DNA from: Octopus bimaculoides
Taxonomy: Eukaryota
Assembly: GCF_001194135.2 (NCBI RefSeq)
Contig: NC_069006.1
Coordinates: 389,351 to 427,900, forward strand
Direction of reading: 5' to 3'
Length of the DNA stretch: 38,550 nt
The notes below the pieces were generated by a model. It was given only the letters and a program-made list of their open reading frames with translations, was not told the DNA's origin and did no database searches. The position numbers and the translations under genes were made by a program. Below, in pieces: positions 34,932-38,550 of this stretch (positions are counted from its first letter, which is position 1; each line of letters begins with the position of its first letter).

Positions 34932-35146
34932 TTAGAGTATAATACTCCATCCCGAGTCGTATAAACTCATAAGGTTCGTTTCCAGGATTCTTTGGCGTGT
35001 ATATACTCTCTCCAATGGGTAGGACACCGGTCCGTCGTAAGAGAACATCTTTGCCAGCTGAACAGAAACAGCGCAAAGTGAAGGGTTTTGCTCAAGAACG
35101 CCCGTTCCAGGAAACCACAATCTTACGACCATGAGTCCACTAAATC
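34932..35146 (-). mobile_element. tRNA-derived SINE (family I), diverged
   Basis: The reverse complement has a family C-like head (GTGGACTCATGGTCGTAAGATTGTGGTTT), then GTTCTTGAGCAAAACCCTTCACTTTGCGCTG. Confidence 0.5.
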
Positions 35147-35689
35147 ATGTGTCCCCCACTTGCAATACAGTGGGGGAATATTATGTAGTGTGTGTGTATA
35201 CTACGTAATGCTTGTTATTTTGGTTTATGTTTTAAGTTTCTCACCAGCAGAGAAAGAACTGATCTCGAACCTAGAACAACCAGGATAATCATACATTTGA
35301 TGGCATAGAAGACACATGTTTCTTCCCCTACAAAAATCTCAAAATAAAAAAATTATCCCGGCTTCTATGGGCGCCCCCGGACCTATATTATATAATCTAA
35401 TGCAGTAAAAAAATTGTGGTATAGCATCGTGCAATGTAGTCACCCGGGGGTTCTGTGTTCAATCCCAAAGTGAATTCACAAAACATCAACTGAAGCCAAA
35501 AAAAGGCTATGAAACGCAGAATGAGAACAGTTGACCCTTTTGCATCAAATAAAGGGTTAGATTCAAAATTCTGATACAACAACTGAATTCAACACAAGAC
35601 ACCCCGAAGAAAGCTGGAGTTTACAAGGGCTGAATCGCAGCGAAAGCAACAATCAAGATGGAGACCACCAGTCTGACTAATACAAACAG

Positions 35690-36045
35690 TTTTCTTTTAT
35701 TTGCTTCTGTTATTCGACTGTGGCCCTGCTGGAGCACAACCTTGAAGTGTTTTTGTCGAATAATTCGACTCCAGGGATTATTTTTTAAAGCCTAGTACCT
35801 ATTATTTGCCTCTCTGCCGAATCGCTAAGTTACGGGAATGTAAACAGACGAACACCGGTTGTCAAGCCTTGATGTAGTGGTGGTGGTGTGGGACAGATAC
35901 AGCCAGAAAGACACACACACACACACATATATATATATAAGACAACCTATCCTACAAGACACTTGCGCAAGGTGCCTCTCAGCATGACAAAACCCGTAAT
36001 CCCACGGATACGAAGGGAACTTCTTGACCATATACTGATACATAC
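35690..36045 (-). mobile_element. SINE family B copy
   Basis: TGCTGGAGCAC..CTAGTAC..CGCTAAGTTACGGG..GGTTGTCAAGC..GACACTTGCGCAAGGTGCC. Confidence 0.8.
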
Positions 36046-36179
36046 ATACATACATACATATACACTTATGCATGCATATATTTCCCAGCCATAGATGTAT
36101 ATGTAAACCTAATCAAAGTTTGTGCTTATATAATTCAGTTTCATCATCATACACATGTACTGCAAGTTCATTATACACA

Positions 36180-36233
<54 letters not shown>

Positions 36234-36269
36234 AACTCCAGTGTTACATGTTTGTGTGTGATTGTGTGC

Positions 36270-36392
<123 letters not shown>

Positions 36393-36696
36393 CATCACTC
36401 CAGTGCAGCGATACCCAAACACACACACAGATACACACAAGGACAAAATTACAATTATATATATGTATATATGCATTCCCTTAGTGCAGCATTATATACG
36501 CATTTTTCAAAATTATGCAACAACTCATATGTATATATTTAACTTTAGCAACGTCAATAATTGGAACAAATGCATAAAATCTGTTAGACGGCGCCGCCAT
36601 ATTCTCGAAGATGGATTTTAGATTTGATAAAAAACACCGAAAAAACATCTAATGGAAACATAAACACGTCAATACATACACATACATACATACATA

Positions 36697-36744
<48 letters not shown>

Positions 36745-37362
36745 GCATATCCATCTATCATACGCAAGATGGATAGTGATAATGACAACGGAATTATGTA
36801 ATTATGAAGACATTCACGGCAAAAATATGGAGAGAGAGAGAGAGGGGAGAGATAGAGAGAGAGAGAGTGAGAGAGAAAGAGAGAGAGAGAGAGAGATAGA
36901 GAGAGAGTGAGAGAGAGAGGGTGGAAGCGAGTGCAATGCACGTATGTATTGTATGGGTGTATGTATTTTAGTACATGGATGAGTTACTCATGAATTTTTC
37001 TATATACATGTAGAAGTTTCGTTTGTATATATAACGTACATACACAAACATTCCCCTCCACACACACACACAAATTCTGGCATACACAAGCATAAATACA
37101 TACATATATATCACACTTCTCATCTACACACATATTAAGAGTTTTAAGCGCATACTTATATAAATACATATAGACTCTCTCTCTCTCCCTCTACACACAC
37201 ATATATATATACACAAACACATTTAGATTATACTCATACATGCAATAACACAAATTTAACCCCACCCTCTCTCCCGCCAGTCTTGGTTCATCCATAAATA
37301 CATAGATATGTGTATGTATATATACGTGTGGATATGTGTGTATGTATATATACGTGTGGATA

Positions 37363-37414
<52 letters not shown>

Positions 37415-37859
37415 TATATATATGGTGAAAGAGAGAGAGAGGGATGGAGAGGGAGAGAGAGATTTATGTATATATGCATACAAACAAACATATACACACT
37501 CACATATCCATTTATAATGATGTCTGTCCCAAAAGAAACTAAACTTTTTGTGATAAATTCATTGTTTTTTTGTTTTTTTTTTGCAGAAGACTTTATCAGA
37601 TTTTTCTGCAAAATATCTTCGTTCATTGTTGAGTCACGGCTATCGACCTTTCATTAGTAAGGATAACATCACATGGAACCATTTGGGGTCTGGACTTGCT
37701 GGTTCCAAACGACTCTGGATCGTCCTTGAATGCGTTTCTCTTCTCGCATGGAATTTTCTTCCAACTTTTCTGTCATTTGAAATGAGTAAACCTTTCAAGC
37801 ATTATTTCAAATTTGGGGACGAAATTAAAAAGGAAAAGAGAGTGATTAAGGGAGAAGGT

Positions 37860-37910
<51 letters not shown>

Positions 37911-37931
37911 AAGAGAGAAAGAGAGAGATCT

Positions 37932-38480
37932 TTGTGGTTAAGGAGTTCGCTTTGCAATCGCTTGGTTTCGGTTTCAGTCCCAGAGCGCGGAACTTTAGCT
38001 ATGTGTTTGCTACTATGGCCCCGGGCCAATTAAGACCTCGTGAGTGAATCTGGAGGACGGAAACTGTGTGGAAGCCCGAGGCATATATACATATATGTTT
38101 GTGTGTCGTTCTGTTTGTACTGCGTGTATGCCCAAGCCATGGCTTGTAACCGGTATTGGTTCGTTTATGGCCTTTTGTGAGTGAATCTGGAGGACGGAAA
38201 CTGTGTGGAAGCCCGACGCATATATGTATGTGTTTGTGTGTGTGTATGTGTATGTGTGTGTGTATGTGTATGTGTGTGTGATTCTGTTTGTGCTGCGTGT
38301 ATCCTCAAGTCAACTGGTACTGGTTTGTTTATGTTCCTGTAACGGTTCGGCAAAAGACACCAATAGAATAAGTACCAGACTTTTAAAATAATACGCACTA
38401 GGGTTGATCTTTTGAGCTGTACCATTCAAGACAATAACCCGGTATGTACACAGTCCAATGACCGAAGCAAAGATGAAAGA
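37932..38480 (+). mobile_element. SINE family B copy with an internal ~137-bp duplication
   Basis: An exact 40-mer at 38040-38079 and 38177-38216; family B head and 3' blocks are present. Confidence 0.8.
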
Positions 38481-38550
38481 CTCACTCTCTCTGCATCTAT
38501 GTACGTCTCTCTCTCTCTCTCATATGTATATATATGTATATATATATATA

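Noticed and set aside
35488-35520. CTGAAGCC-AAAAAAA-GGCTATGAAACGC
   Set aside because: It lacks the CUGANGA core and correct spacing.
37587-37660. Possible exon after a poly-T/GCAG acceptor, ending at GTAAGG
   Set aside because: The translation is unrecognisable and there is no supporting neighbouring exon.

Overview
AT-rich, repeat-saturated animal non-coding DNA from a gapped draft assembly, most likely an octopod cephalopod (inferred from the SINE families and the extreme microsatellite load). I recognise no host protein-coding exon. Nearly all listed ORFs are translations of (TA)n, (CA)n, trinucleotide repeats or N-gaps. Recognisable content: many tRNA-derived SINE copies from at least five families (my labels A, B, C, D, I); a Gypsy 5' LTR with a tRNA-Pro primer-binding site and the first codons of a Gmr1-like gag; a 3' fragment of an R4/Dong-like REL non-LTR element; a two-finger C2H2 remnant; and one hAT-like end. 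The main result is six type I hammerhead-ribozyme (HHR) motifs in four unrelated sequence families, at about 5.6, 19.1 (x2), 26.5/26.8 (tandem pair 314 nt apart, with stem-I covariation) and 29.0 kb. Three of the four loci sit at the centre of long inverted repeats that superficially look like MITEs. This points to Penelope-like or retrozyme-like ribozyme elements with a recurring HHR-centred fold-back architecture. All alignments and folds were done by eye, and no ribozyme activity is demonstrated.
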